A stretch of 64,000 nt of DNA. It comes from Octopus sinensis. Its lineage: Eukaryota. The translations under genes were made by a program, and so were the position numbers. Location: NCBI RefSeq assembly GCF_006345805.1, contig NC_042998.1:67642001-67706000 (forward strand), in the 5' to 3' direction. Shown one piece after another: positions 24,130 through 37,692 of this stretch (positions are counted from its first letter, which is position 1; each line of letters opens with the position of its first letter). Under the pieces are notes generated by a model. That model had not been told where the DNA came from and did no database searches. It was given only the letters and a program-made list of their open reading frames with translations.

Positions 24130-25173
24130 ATACTAAAATTAATCAAATACATATTAAGTATGTCTACCTGCTAGAAATAACAGTCAAATCTCTTATTTAA
24201 ATTACACTGATAATAACTTCAGTTATCAACCGTCCGAAGTCAAACGGGCTAAGACAATCTCTGAGCATACATTCAAGTATTTGGACTCACGTGGACGGAT
24301 TTTATATTGGCAAAATAGCCTCACCTTCCTCGGCACGCGTTACCATGATAGAGAGATATATCTACGTGAATGCCTTTTGTTCTTAATGTCCTTAACAATG
24401 CCAAATATTTTAAAAAACAAAGACGTGACTTTAATTACAATTTAATGTAGATTAATCTACGTTAAGTTAGTTTCCTAACCTCTTCATATACGGACCTCAC
24501 TGGTTATTTTTGATATCAATTACAATATGCATCTTGACGCCAAGCTATATAAGTTGCTGCACGGTCGTGTTTTATAATTTTGCCATTGTTTCCCTAAACA
24601 CATTTTTAAACAAACTTTGTGAACACCAAAACGAACAATCTAACAGTAAGCATTTGCTTCAGGTTCGTCTTTTTTCTTTCAGCCCCCGTGAGATGCAACA
24701 CGAATATTTCAGTGTCAGTGTGTAATCTGTTCTTTTTTTATTTGAAGTACAAGCGGTACAACCATTTACAGAATCCACTCTTCATGGAGTGCATCGCGAC
24801 GAAATTCTCAAATACAGCAAACCTCTTCACATCTAGGATTGTCTTCTGTTTTCGTGAAAGGTCATCCAGCCTTGGAGCAGATGTCTTTAAGCTCAAAGTG
24901 AAGGTCACCAGATACAGCACAACAATGACAACTTTGCTGCGGGGATTGGTTGACGAGGAATGAAAAAGTCCACTTTTTTTAAAGCACTTTTCAGAAATCG
25001 TAGATGTACACACGAATATACATGTAAACGCACAAATATACGCGGTGGGTGTTTATGTGTGTAATTTTGTGTGTATGTGTGCTTGTGAATGCATATTATA
25101 TGTGTATGTAAGTTTGTGAGTGTGCTTATCGCTGTGTATATATATGTATGTGTGTGTGTGTAATGTGTGTATG

Positions 25174-25245
<72 letters not shown>

Positions 25246-27083
25246 GTGTGTGTGTGTGGTGTGTGTGTGTGCGTGTGTTTGTGTATGTGCGTGTGTGTGT
25301 ATTTGCTTGATCATATGATCCAGTAATGCGTAGTTGAAGAAGACATATTTAGAATTCATTGCATATTTATTTTACTATAAGCAATTATATGAGTGTAGAA
25401 ACTCCTTATGTATTTCTGAAGATGTATCTGTCAGATTAAGCATGTGAATCATGACACCCGTTTGCCACACGTAAATATTATTTATAATTGCATGCATAGA
25501 ATAACTCATAGCTCAGAGCCTCATACATGATAGCTTCCAAAGATGAAAAATTCCTATAATACATTTTCAAAATTATCACAAAATCTTTTTTAGACGAATG
25601 TAGATCTTCCTTTCTAGTAACAAACTCTGTAATGTGTTAGAAAATAAGAACGGATATTATCAATGTGGATAATGAATTTTGAAATTTTGCTTTTCCTTTA
25701 CATATCATAATGCAATCTCCTACACACGTACATAATCTGAATTTGGTATACTCATAAATTTTAAGAGATATCGCGACAGAACACTATAGATATACAGATT
25801 AGTATTCTAGGTCCATTGGTGCACTTGTAAGTGATTGAACCTTATTCTATGATGCTTGTATAACAAAAGAAATACCATATAATATATATTAGGTCTTTGC
25901 AGTGTTGCCACGACTACTACGTATATAAAGTATATTTCTCACCTTTCATTCTACAAAATTATTTTGCGTATACATATTTAAACATATATATATTCATATT
26001 TATATGAACAATATATATGTCCGTCCTTCTGCAAGAAAATAAATTTCGTATGATATGAAGTCTATAATGCAAAGACGTGTGTAAGTCTCTCTTTTCGACT
26101 CCCATTCTCCCCACTCTCTCTCTCACTTTATATACTTTTATACCTGTTAATTGTATATCGAATCGCTATAAGAACTATCAGCTTAAGTTGCAATAAAAAC
26201 GTAACGTATCTGCTAAACATGTATTCAGTGCTTCTTTTACATTTTTTCAGAAAGGGATTGTTATCTTATTATTAATACAACATCCAGTTAGAATTCATGG
26301 GTGGTGTCATTGGATGTGTTCGTTACATGTCAACAAATATGTAAATAAACATATAAGTCACAAAGCGAAAAAGACTAACTACAAAATGGATGAATGATTT
26401 CATACCGAGCAGGGCTGCACACACGTTTAGCAGTAAATTACTTTGGACAGCAATCTACACCAAGAGACGTACTGCTTCTTGGTATGCCACACAATGATTA
26501 AGTGTGGTTTGGATTTTAAACATACAAGATACTACTAACACAATATGTTGTTGTATAGGATTAGAGTATATCAGGTGTCTATTTATTCATCATATTTCCG
26601 AGCGGGGCGTTCGCGTTTCTATGAGAATTATATATCAACCTATCCATAATATTTGACAGCATAGAAACACACACATAAAGTTACGCACACATCTATATTT
26701 GTATGTGTAAATCTGTTTGTGTGTATGTGTGTGTATGTATGCGTGTGTGTGTGTTTGTGTATACATTTCTATACGTTTTGCTCTGTTTCCCCTTACGGTA
26801 TTCGGTTATATTGAGGCACCAACATTAAAACGAAAGGCGTTTACAGCGGCTAGGTTTCACAATCTCTCTCTCTATATATATATAGAGAGAGACTTATGCA
26901 TTAACACTGTTAGACACTGTCTAACTTTGGTGATCGAACGACAAACAGTGATTTTAACATAGATGACCGTAAACTTGTATGTATGTGTATATATAAATAT
27001 CTATATCTATCTTTCTATCTATCTATCTATCTATCATTCTATTTATATATCTATCTATCTATATCTATCTATCTATCTATCTA

Positions 27084-27182
<99 letters not shown>

Positions 27183-27344
27183 AGGATGCGTGGCGTCCAG
27201 TATTTCCATAAATGGAAAATACATCAAATACTACAAAAATTACACGTGGGACATGTGTATATATCTATATCTCTGTATATGTGCATATGTGTATGTATAT
27301 ATAATGCGTATAAATATACATATTTATATATGTTTATATGTATG

Positions 27345-27382
<38 letters not shown>

Positions 27383-27422
27383 GTGTATATATGTATCTAT
27401 GTATATGTATATATATATATAG

Positions 27423-27483
<61 letters not shown>

Positions 27484-27484
27484 T

Positions 27485-27690
27485 AATCCAAACATGAAAA
27501 CACAAAGAGAAAACACAACAACGCGAGGACGTGGAACAAGTATAGTGTTATTGGACTTTCAGGAAAGGAAAGAAAGGAGGAGGATTTAACGTTTCCAGCG
27601 GAGATTTCGTCAGAAACATAGGAAAATGAAAGTCCAAGGAAGGGAAGACGGTGGTAAAAATCACCAATGATACACACGTGTCACATATTG
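27485..27690 (-). mobile_element. Penelope pLTR-like fragment with decayed minimal hammerhead ribozyme motif
   Basis: The minus strand is CT-rich and contains GTTT-CTGACGA-AATCTCCGCTG-GAAAC-GTT-AAAT (27584-27617). Confidence 0.55.
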
Positions 27691-27713
27691 ATGTATATAT
27701 GTAAATGTATGTG

Positions 27714-27747
<34 letters not shown>

Positions 27748-27906
27748 ACTCCTTTTACTCTTTTACTTGTTTCAGCATTTGACTGCGGCCATGCTGGAGC
27801 ACCGCCTTTAGTCGAGCAAATCGACCCGAGACTTATTGTTTGTAAGCCCAGTACTTATTCTATCGGTCACTTTTGCCGAACCGCAACACACACATACATA
27901 TATATA

Positions 27907-27937
<31 letters not shown>

Positions 27938-28072
27938 CGACAGGCTTCTTTCAGTTTCCGTCTACCAAATCCACTCACAAGGCATTGGTCGCCCAAGATG
28001 CCATGCAGTGGACTGAACCCGGAACCATGTGGTTGGTTAGCAAGCTACTTACCACACAGCCACTCCTGCGCC
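27748..28072 (-). mobile_element. SINE family A with internal deletions
   Basis: Minus strand starts GGCGCAGGAGTGGCTGTGTGGTAAGTAGCTTGCT...GGTTCAGTCCA and ends GGTGCTCCAGCATGGCCGCAGTCAAATGCTGAAACAAGTAAAAGAGTAAAAGGAG. Confidence 0.95.
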
Positions 28073-28101
28073 TATATATATATATATATATATATATATT
28101 A

Positions 28102-28248
<147 letters not shown>

Positions 28249-28934
28249 CTTTTACATTATTACTATCAGCTAGCATATTATTTCACCCTCCGCCAACAAC
28301 ATTGCTAGATAAATGAATAAAAATAAAGAAAATATATAATTCAAGCACAGAATTATTAACGAAGTTGATCATAAATAGCAGTCAGGATAAAGTCCTCTTA
28401 ATTAATATATAATAACGTTAATTTCGATTGTTAGAAGATTTTATAGATCTAAGTAAATTTTAGTGACCGCATTGAGACTAATATGACACGTTCTTGCTAA
28501 GTGAGTGTGTGAGAACAAAGTGAGAGAAAATTTGCAAGTGTCAATAATTAGTAAAGAATGGGGAATTGGGTACAAAATCAGCCAAGTCATTGTAACCTCA
28601 TCAGAATGCCACTGGATTCTTCTGCTAAGAAATTAGTATCCCTTGAATTTGCCTTTTATATTTTTGTAAATTAATTCCCATGGATCTGTCGGAACTGTGC
28701 TAAGTGAAATAAACTCTATTATCTAAAATGTGTGATCTAATCACTGTGATGGTATCGCTGCGATATAATTTTGATGTTGTAAGCGATGTACTGAAACGGG
28801 TGCAATTTTATCAATGATATGAAATGTTGGACGTAATCTGTGATGTGTCATACATGATATGGTGATTGTGATGTAGTGTATGTAGTGAAATATGACTGAT
28901 GTAAATTTTGTGCTGTAACCAATGTCATATAGAT

Positions 28935-29220
28935 GTGTAGCTGAGTAGCTACGGTTGTTGGTCTCATGGTCATAAAACCGTGGTTCGCATTCCAGAATTA
29001 GGTACCGTGTTGGGTACTTTTTTTGAGAAACAAATTTCGTTTCATGTTGCTCCAGTTCACATAGATGTAAATGATTTATAGTAATAGCTGGGAAGTTAAC
29101 CCTGTGATGGACCGGCGTCCTATTCAGAGATAAATTGTTGTAACCTCCTTTACTTATACGCCATGTAAACTAAGTTAAACTCCGACTTATTCAGCCTTAG
29201 TGTTCATGGCTAACCTAAGT
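28935..29220 (+). mobile_element. tRNA-derived SINE, family C
   Basis: GTAGCTGAGTAG...GGTTCGCATTCC head; TTTCATGTTGCTCCAGTTCAC body; CCCTGTGATGGACCGGCGTCC tail. It interrupts a degenerate 5-mer satellite. Confidence 0.7.
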
Positions 29221-30433
29221 AATGAAGTACTGAAATATTAACCAACATCATGTATATACATAACATAATACGTATGTTGTAGTCTCGTTTATGTTACTAG
29301 TGTACACTGATACGTGTAATGTGAATTATGTGTTGTAAACTGTGCGATGCAATACATGCTATGTAATATGACGTAATATAGAATGTTAATCATGTGATGT
29401 AGTACATGTCGTGTAATCTGTGGTGCGAGGGAACAAATGTGATGTATTGCGTGTGACGCAATGTATAAATACTAATCTCTTTCAAGCAACGAATACCATG
29501 TAATACAGTTGAGTGATATGTATGACGTAATTTAGTTGGTGTAATCTATGTAACGTCAACTCTGCCAATGTAATCTACGTGTAGTATTGAGTATGATGCA
29601 AATAGTGCGAGATAGGGGGATGCAATCAGTGTGATGTAATCTGCATTGTGTAATCAATGTGATGTTCACCACCTGCTTAATTTGCAATTATTTTCTTAAG
29701 TGCATATGCAATTTATACTCTAATCAGAAATATTTTAACTGTGTAACTCATTATTCCAATGGCTCATTTAGAAACATGGTTCACATGGAAGAAGTTACAC
29801 AGGCAATAAGACTAACATTCTAAGGTACTTACATAAATGAGATATTCTAAGGTACTTTGAAGAAGGTTTAAATAATGAAAAAAAACAAAAATATGAATGG
29901 AATAACATATGTTACCATCTTCCTCTAGTTTAAATTACCATTCCAATGTTGAATCCTAATGTAATCAATTCTCTGTAGAATAATCATTTTGCAACATCCT
30001 TCATAAGAATCAGGTTAAGATTGCTAGAGTTGCATAAAAATAGTTATCATAGCAAACAGACTAAAATGATTTTCAATACGACAACATAATATTTTCTGTC
30101 ATTGCAACAACATTAATATTCCATTAGCTCATCGTTACCTATTTCGCTAAATTATTAGGATATTTAATTGCACTTTCTTTGAAAGTACGAATGAAATGGA
30201 AAGTTTTATAGGGCTAGATAAAAGTTTCTTCAAAAGAAGGTTCTTGCAGAATATTTTAGACATTTAGAGAAACTTTAGTATCCAAATATAGATGAAGCTC
30301 AAAAGATTAACAATCATACACAGTGGGACTGCACAATCATAGCACAGGATAATGGTCCAAGGAATATTGAATTTTGGGTGTGCGTGGATGTGTATCTAAA
30401 AATGTATAAAGAGTGTGTTTACGCCGTGGCAGA

Positions 30434-30588
30434 CTTCGCCGAGGTCGACTTTGATTTTCATCCTTTCGGGGTCAATTAAATAAGTACCAGTTACGCACTG
30501 GGGTTGATGTAATCGATTGAAACCCTTTGTCTGTCCTTGTTTGCCCCCTCTATGTTTAGCCCCCTTGTGGGCAATAAAGAAAGAAATA
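30434..30588 (+). mobile_element. SINE family B, 5'-truncated
   Basis: Near-identical to 5437-5583 (GCCGAGGTCGACTTTG...CCCTTTGTCTGTCC...CTCTATGTTTAGCCCC...AAAGAAA). Confidence 0.95.
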
Positions 30589-31474
30589 TAGCGTCTGTTA
30601 TCAGAACAGAGCTTTACACTCTGCAAGTATGTATGATAATTAATCATAAAAACATGCCAGAAATCATTCAACACCGAAATGTTAATATTTTAAGAAAGAA
30701 AGAGAAAGAAAAATATAAAATTAGCTTTGTTGATATAAGAGAGAAAACGACACACAGCAAGTGTTCAGGGAGCGGGGATAATAATCAGATTTGCTCTATA
30801 GTAACAAAACTAAAAGAGAAAAATGAAGAAAAGAGAAGTGAGAGAGTTGGCAGAAAATAGAGACAAGAAAGTGCACTGTGTTAAGAGAAGGATCGTTAAA
30901 TTCTGAATCATATTCGACAAACAGAATGATACGATTGTTTAAATAAACCATCAATTTCGATCGGTGATTAGCTGAGGCTAATATGTTGCTTTGATTATTA
31001 TACAAACCTATTCTATACTAAAAATCAATAGTATTCAATATTGAAGTTATAATATCAGATATCTAAACGCAAAACAAAAGTGTTTGTATAAACAAAGTGT
31101 TCAGGTGTATATAAAAGAATATTTCAGTGTAATTCCGTTATAGAAGAGGAAAAAACAAAAACAAAAAAAAAAACAATCTACAAATTAATATACGATAAAG
31201 AAGCTGCTCGACGAATTGAAATAGGAGTTAAATAATTTCAAAGGTAATAAGATCAATAAACATAAATGAAATTAATCAGAAATGTGGTTTGAATATATAT
31301 CTAAGGATACATTTCAAGAAGTCATCTCGGAGGTGCAGAAGGAACGGGTAGTAAGTGAGAGATCTGTGCAATTATTTTAATTGCAGATTACTAAATAAAA
31401 TATGAGGCAAAATGTGGAGATATAAAAAGAAAAAAATCTCGTGAAAGCACATTTTTTTAGGTTCTTTGCTCGAG

Positions 31475-31706
31475 ACTATAGTGTCAGAAGTTCAATTCCT
31501 GGACCAAGTAGTAGCGTTGTGTCCTTGAAAACAGTACTTCCTTCCCTATTGCTCCTATCTACTCAGCTACGAAGATTACTATCTGTGCCACCTTCTTGTA
31601 GCCTCTTCATCCAGCAGTACCTTGAGGCACGTTCTGGATGTGTCTCCGCGTTAAAGATGAAGGAGCCCAAGAGGATCTCTGCTTGCGGCTCCATAGGCAC
31701 CTAAAC
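31475..31706 (+). mobile_element. SINE with family C-like head, diverged tail
   Basis: AAGTTCAATTCCTGGACC...GCGTTGTGTCCTTGA...TTGCTCC..TCTACTCAGCT. Confidence 0.55.
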
Positions 31707-32607
31707 AATCACACTATTCCAAATATTAAATTTTACAATTAATTTAACATCTTGCACATCATAACACACTGCTCTGTTTTCTTTGATTCTTTTGTCCATT
31801 CTCAATTAGTCCACTTTATTCTCACCGCCATCTTCACAGTAATATTCGTCCTACATACCGTATTTTCTCTGTCTTCTTCCACCCCAGCACAGCGACTCAT
31901 TTCTTACCGCTTCTTATTTTTGACTTCAAAAATTCTGTCTTGTTCTCGATTTATTCATTGAGCCTAATTAACAAATAATATTATTAAAAGCATTTATGTT
32001 TTTTGTTATAGCGAATCAAGAGCTTGAAATTAATTGCTTAAGTAAATTTAAGTTGGATTTTGTTCTTTCATCAAATCTTGCAGTGATGGTTTCTTATTGA
32101 AATGATATAGTGTGTGTGTGTCTAAATATATAGGTATATGTAAACACACACACTTATATACACATACAGACACACTGACATGTTTCGTACATATATTTAA
32201 ATACATGCATATTTAATTTATTGTGAGGAACTTCGAACCAGGGTCTCTTACAATTGCCTCGCATGATCGATGCACCCTGAGCGGAATTTGGCAAATATGA
32301 ATTTTAGAGAACCATACGTGCGTGTGTGCGTGTTGTTGTTGTTGTGGTAGTGGTGTGTGTATGTATGTGAGTGAGTGAGTGTGCATGTGTGCGTGTGCCT
32401 GTGTGCGTAATTGTGTTTAGTGGTTTCTATAGTTCGAACTGTAATCGATAGAATATATAACGGACAAGGGTCGATATGTACAACGGCATAACTTGTAGAT
32501 GGTACCCAATCTGGGCCAAAATGTCTAAAACCACTAAACCAATATTTATTATAAAATCATATTCGAATTCTGCACTTTGCTTTACTGAATTTGAATGTTA
32601 ACATTCC

Positions 32608-32659
<52 letters not shown>

Positions 32660-33624
32660 TCATAAATATTATATATAGTCATAAATATATCTTCCATTTA
32701 TTTCCCCCCATCTACCATCGTGGCATTTTTTCCTAATTTGTCCCGTATTTTGTGTAATCAAATTGAGGTTGACACAATTTAATTAAGAAATTAGGTGATA
32801 TATACAAATGTTCTCTAATTGTTGTAATTGCTGTTATTTCCTTTTAAATGAAATACTCCGTTAATTGCTGCCTTTATTGTATAGTTAATCACATCACCTT
32901 ACCTCTTTTGGTTACACTCTGAATTAATTAATAAAGTATAAGAAAGAATAGTTATTGCCCAAACACGCTATTAAGTGCACGTCTGCTTCACCATACAACA
33001 AGGAAAACGGTATATTTAATACTACTTTGATAGATTAATTAATAGCTCAGCCTAACCTACAATTAATTTAATTTCCTTATAACCTTCGTTGATACACCAG
33101 GAATTTGCATTACTCATGAAAATACTCTATTTATCATTTCATGTTTTTCTTTTCCCGTTTTCCTCTTTGTTTTCCACAATCACCATAATAAAGCTGCCTT
33201 TGCTTTCAAATAAACAAAAATCGATTATATTTGAGTTGTAGTATCAAGTTTCTAATCTGGTGACCTTGTGAAGTAGGTCTTTGTATTGAATTTGCAATTA
33301 CGCTCAAGTAATGTATTTTGGGTGCCTAGATGACTGAAACGATAAAATGGCTGACATATCCCCGATAAGTCGGCAGTTTCTGTACTGCAAACAGCTCACA
33401 CCGTTGTGTCCGAGACCAAGACATGTAACTTTAACAATACCAAGCTCTCTCAGGGCAACATAGGCTTTTAGAACAAAGACTGTACATTCAACTCAATGAA
33501 ATGCATTCATTTATAATGTCTTGCGTTTTGTCATCTGGGTCAAGTCACTTATCACACCCTTTGTTATTAACTAGTTGCTTTTAGCAAGGTTGTTAGGCTC
33601 ACATTTGCTCTCACAGAGCATAAC

Positions 33625-33850
33625 CATGATCATAAATATTCCAGCTGTGAATAGTAAATTTATTTTTCAGACACCGAGTGTAAATTATTTTATGCGCTGT
33701 CACTTTTGTTTGAGACAATACAGTGTGATTTAAGATAAAATTAGTTAACTTTAATATCTTGTCAAGTGACTGCGTTGAAGGGCAGTCATTAGGTCTTCTA
33801 TTATTATAATGATACATAAGGCATGCTTCATGATCGCATCTCCTTGTGGA
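33625..33850 (-). mobile_element. Degenerate Penelope-like reverse transcriptase fragment
   Basis: Within ORF 33611-33925, HEACLMYHYNNRRPNDCPSTQSLDKILKLTNFILNHTVLSQTKVTA aligns by eye to PLE RT (EAC...RP..PST..L...VLTLNNFSFN...YLQTKGTAMG); WNIYDH may be the relic of W.RYIDD. Confidence 0.5.
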
Positions 33851-34313
33851 AACTCCAAAGAGTTCGGATCCTTCCTGAACGTAGCGTATCCTCTTACTCA
33901 TATTGGTTTGTAGACAAATCAACACATTTCTTTTGCCTAATCTCGAGCAAAAAGAATTGTGTAGAGTTGCTGTTCAAATAGTAATTATGAATACTTTTTT
34001 TATTATTTAAAGGACCAGGTTCAAATTCGGTGCTCCAAAGTCTAAGACTTTTACCAGAGCAATAACAAAAAAGAAGAAAAAATGATTCCTCAGAAAATAA
34101 TATGCGATTCATTTTCAGAAATTTCACTCATTTTTTAGAATTCCATTTGTTTACAAAAGAGTGCGGCAGAAAAAAAGAAATCGAAATCGCTCTGCTTGAA
34201 AAATGTTTCAATAATAAACGCAAGGAGTGTGAGAATCTAAAATATTGTGGTAACTGCAACAATAAAGCGATAAAATAATATTAAAATATTATTCTTAACA
34301 TGTTATTATTAAT

Positions 34314-34459
34314 GGCTGTGTGATAAGAAGCTTGCTTCCCATCCACATGGTTCTAGGTTCAGTCCCACCGAATGGTACCTGCTATAGCCTCGGGCCGACC
34401 AAAGCCTTGTCAGTAGATTTCGTATACGGAAACTGAAGGAAGACTGTCGTATATATATA

Positions 34460-34520
<61 letters not shown>

Positions 34521-34765
34521 CATGTATGTATGTATGTATGTATGTATGTATGTATGTATGTATGTATGTGTATGTCTGTGTTCGTCCCCCACCATCACTT
34601 GACAACCGATATTGGTGTGTTTACTTAGCGGCGCGGCAAAAGGGACCGATAGAATAAGTTCTAAGCTTACAAAGAATAAGTCCTGGTGTCGATTCGTACG
34701 AGTAAGGCGGTGCTCCAGCATGGCAGCAGTCAAATTACTTAAGCAAGTAAAAGAGTAAAAGTAAA
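34314..34765 (+). mobile_element. SINE family A with expanded internal (TA)/(TATG) spacer
   Basis: Family A head and tail around a ~124-bp microsatellite (34450-34573). Confidence 0.95.
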
Positions 34766-35764
34766 TATGAAGAGACAGTTTCCATTTGCTTAACTTCACC
34801 AATAGCCTAATAAAATATGGAGGCTAGGGGTGGAGATCTGTTGCACTCCGAATTTATTCATCACTTCCTATTTGAAAATGTTTATTGACAAAGAAAAGAG
34901 CTTCAGTTAGAAGTTATTTAGGCTGTAGAGGAAAGTAATCATATCTAACTTCACTTAGATCATTGGGTTTATGAAACTGTGTGAATGAAACCAATAGAGT
35001 ATATAATTAGATACATTGACTTATCTTTCAGCGTTTGTTGGCAGCTTATCTATAGATTTACATAAATCCTGTATCAATAATAAATTTCCACATCGACAAA
35101 GTAGTCTTTTGGGAAATTTAGAAAGATTTCAGAAAGTTTGATTCATCGGTTTATTCGACTTTATAACGTTCTGAAAAATTTTCTTCTACAATCCTGATTG
35201 TATAAAGAAGCTTATAAGATAGAAATAAAGTATTAAGTAGTGATGATCCATCTTCAATAGGCATGCTTTATCAATACACAATCCAATGAGATCGGCGAGA
35301 GAAATCACAGTTTTGCTACTTTGATAAGAAAGTCAATGGGATGAATCGAATGATATATTTGCACTACAGAAAATAGAAATCGGGTCACAGTATTGACTTG
35401 TAACAAGCTGACCTCTTGCTTTCCTGTATACGAACTACAACCATTATATAATATTGATTTCTATGTTAGATACTGGGCCGTGATTAAGGGAGGAAAAATA
35501 ATGTATCGTTATGATGAATTCATGCTAAAGGTCAGGCTGTAAGTGAACACAAATGATATTTAGTATCTGAGTCATTGGATCATAGAATGAACTGATTCCA
35601 CCCCGTTCCTCACACGTCTCCCACGCACTGAATTATCGGTAATTTTCATTTCATCTGCAGCAGACCACCCAATGATAGAAACATTATTGATTCTAATATA
35701 TAATATTTTATGTTTTACTCGTTTCTGCCATGTGGCTGCGGTCATGCTGGAGAACCACCGTGGT

Positions 35765-35985
35765 CATTCTGATTTCCTCAGTCTGGTGTCTTTCACATGA
35801 CTACTACTTTTCTCCTAGCTGTTGGCCCATCCGGTGTATAAGGGAGTTTGATTCCGCTGCACTCGTTTGCACCTCATGCTGTGAAGAGGAGGATGTCTAG
35901 TTCCTTTTTGAAGATATCTACTTCCACCTCATACATATTTCTTAAATTTTGTAGCAGGGCATTGAAAAGCTCTATATAGTTTATA
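35765..35985 (-). mobile_element. CR1/L2-type LINE extreme 3' end
   Basis: Minus translation ELFNALLQNLRNMYEVEVDIFKKELDILL, then a frameshift and RVQRNQ/AAESNSLIH, resembles the LFN.LP..LR......FK..LD...AA.SNSL C-terminus of CR1-group ORF2. Confidence 0.7.
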
Positions 35986-36482
35986 TATACTTCATTTGAC
36001 CGTACCTTGTTAGAAACAATTAAATTTACAGTGTAAAAGAAATATCGTGACATTTACTTTGATTGTTGATGTTCTGGAGTTAAATCCTGCCTAAGTCGAT
36101 TCATCCCTCTGGGTTCAGTGAAAACCAAAGTACCAGTAAAAGCTCTAGGTTTGATTTCATTGACTAAATCATTGTCTTCCCACCCACCTCAGCAGCTTTA
36201 TATTCATGCAAGAAGCTATCATTATGTTATTATTACAACAGAATAGAACAGAAACTAATAAATAGTTAAGAAGAGGTACATAGAAGAGGCATCGCAAATG
36301 ACATGCTAATAGGAAGAATGGCCCTTGCCCATTTCTTCAGCATGGAAGGCACATTTATTGTTGCATTACAGCGTTACATATGTGTGTGTGTGTGTGTGTG
36401 GTGTATGTACGTATGTATAAATGTATGCATGTTTATGTATGTACCATATATGCACTCATACATAATTATATAAATGCATATA

Positions 36483-37023
36483 CAGAGTTATTCAAAAAGA
36501 CCAGATTTCAAATTTATTTTTAAAACAAACGGTAAGAGACTCAAACACATTCTAAATATTTCTTGATAGGCTAAAGTTTATAGCTGAACATGATCAATTG
36601 AATTAAGCCTTCAATAATATTTTAATTTTGTTTTGATGTTTCATTTTCTTTATTTTATTTCAAGTTGTATAATTTTCATTTGCGTAATCCCTTCACAAAT
36701 GGCGACGCCACAAGGAAAGTCTTTTTGATTGCTGCAGTTTGAGAAATGTGAATCGATTGTGGAAGTGCAACGTGAATTCTGCCGCCAATTCAATAAAAAA
36801 TCCAAATGTCACATGCAAATTTACGAATGGTATAAATATTTTAAGACAAAAGTTACGATGTTTCGATGTTTGTCGAGCAACACATGGCGCTCATTTTCAG
36901 TGCATACTACCTTAATATAAGCTTTAAACCTTCTCCTATCAAGAAATATGTAAATGTGTTTGCTGCTCTTACCGTTTGCTTCAAAAAAATATTTAAATCT
37001 GCTCTTTTTTAAAAATAATTTTG
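36483..37023 (+). mobile_element. Internally deleted Tc1/mariner element (DUF4817-type HTH) with ~100-bp imperfect TIRs
   Basis: From ATG 36699: MATPQGKSF*LLQFEKCESIVEVQREFCRQFNKK...IYEWYKYFK. The inverted ends share CAAACGGTAAGAG, CAAACACATT and ATATTTCTTGATAGG; TA at the left end. Confidence 0.85.
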
Positions 37024-37033
37024 CATAAGCATA

Positions 37034-37191
37034 GCAGAAGTGGCTGAGTGGTAAGTAGCTTGCTTACCAACCACATGGTTCCGTGTTCAGTCCCACTGCG
37101 TGGCGCCTTGGTAAGTGTCTTCTACTATAATCTCGGGCCGACCGAAGCCTTGTGAGTGGATTTGGTAGAAGGAAACTGAAAGAAGTCCGTC

Positions 37192-37232
<41 letters not shown>

Positions 37233-37387
37233 AGTGTTTATGTTTGCGTCCCAGTAACTTACGATTCGGCAAAAGAGACTGCTAGAATATGTACTAGGCT
37301 TACAAAGAATACGTTTAGGGATCGATCTGTTCGACTAAAGGCGGTATTCCATCACGGCCATAACTGAAAAAAGCTCGCCGTATATAT

Positions 37388-37419
<32 letters not shown>

Positions 37420-37632
37420 TCGTTTGTGTGTCTGTGTTTTTCCCCTCCACCACGATCGCATGACAACTGATGCTCGTATGTTTACGTCTCCATAATTAGC
37501 GGTTCAGCAGAAGAAAGGGACGCAATAATTGCTAGGCTTACAGAAAACAATTTCTGAGGCCGATTTGTTCCACTAAAAGCGGTGCTCCAGCATGATCGTA
37601 GTCAATTGTCTGAAACAATTAAAAGAATAAAA
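37034..37632 (+). mobile_element. SINE family A tandem chimera (complete copy plus second 3' half)
   Basis: Full copy 37034-~37362 joined at ACTGAAA (37363-37369) to a second spacer-body-tail. Confidence 0.9.
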
Positions 37633-37692
37633 TAATATATGGTAATATGTTCTATACATACATACATATGAATATATATATATATATATATT

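Noticed and set aside
24760-24840. PFTESTLHGV peptide resembling the DEG/ENaC N-terminal HG motif
   Set aside because: The spacing is one residue short, a stop follows within 13 codons, and there is no RR..W or transmembrane segment.
33347-33463. AAAATGG-initiated 38-codon ORF (MADISPISRQFLYCK...)
   Set aside because: Short, no strong donor, no recognisable homology.
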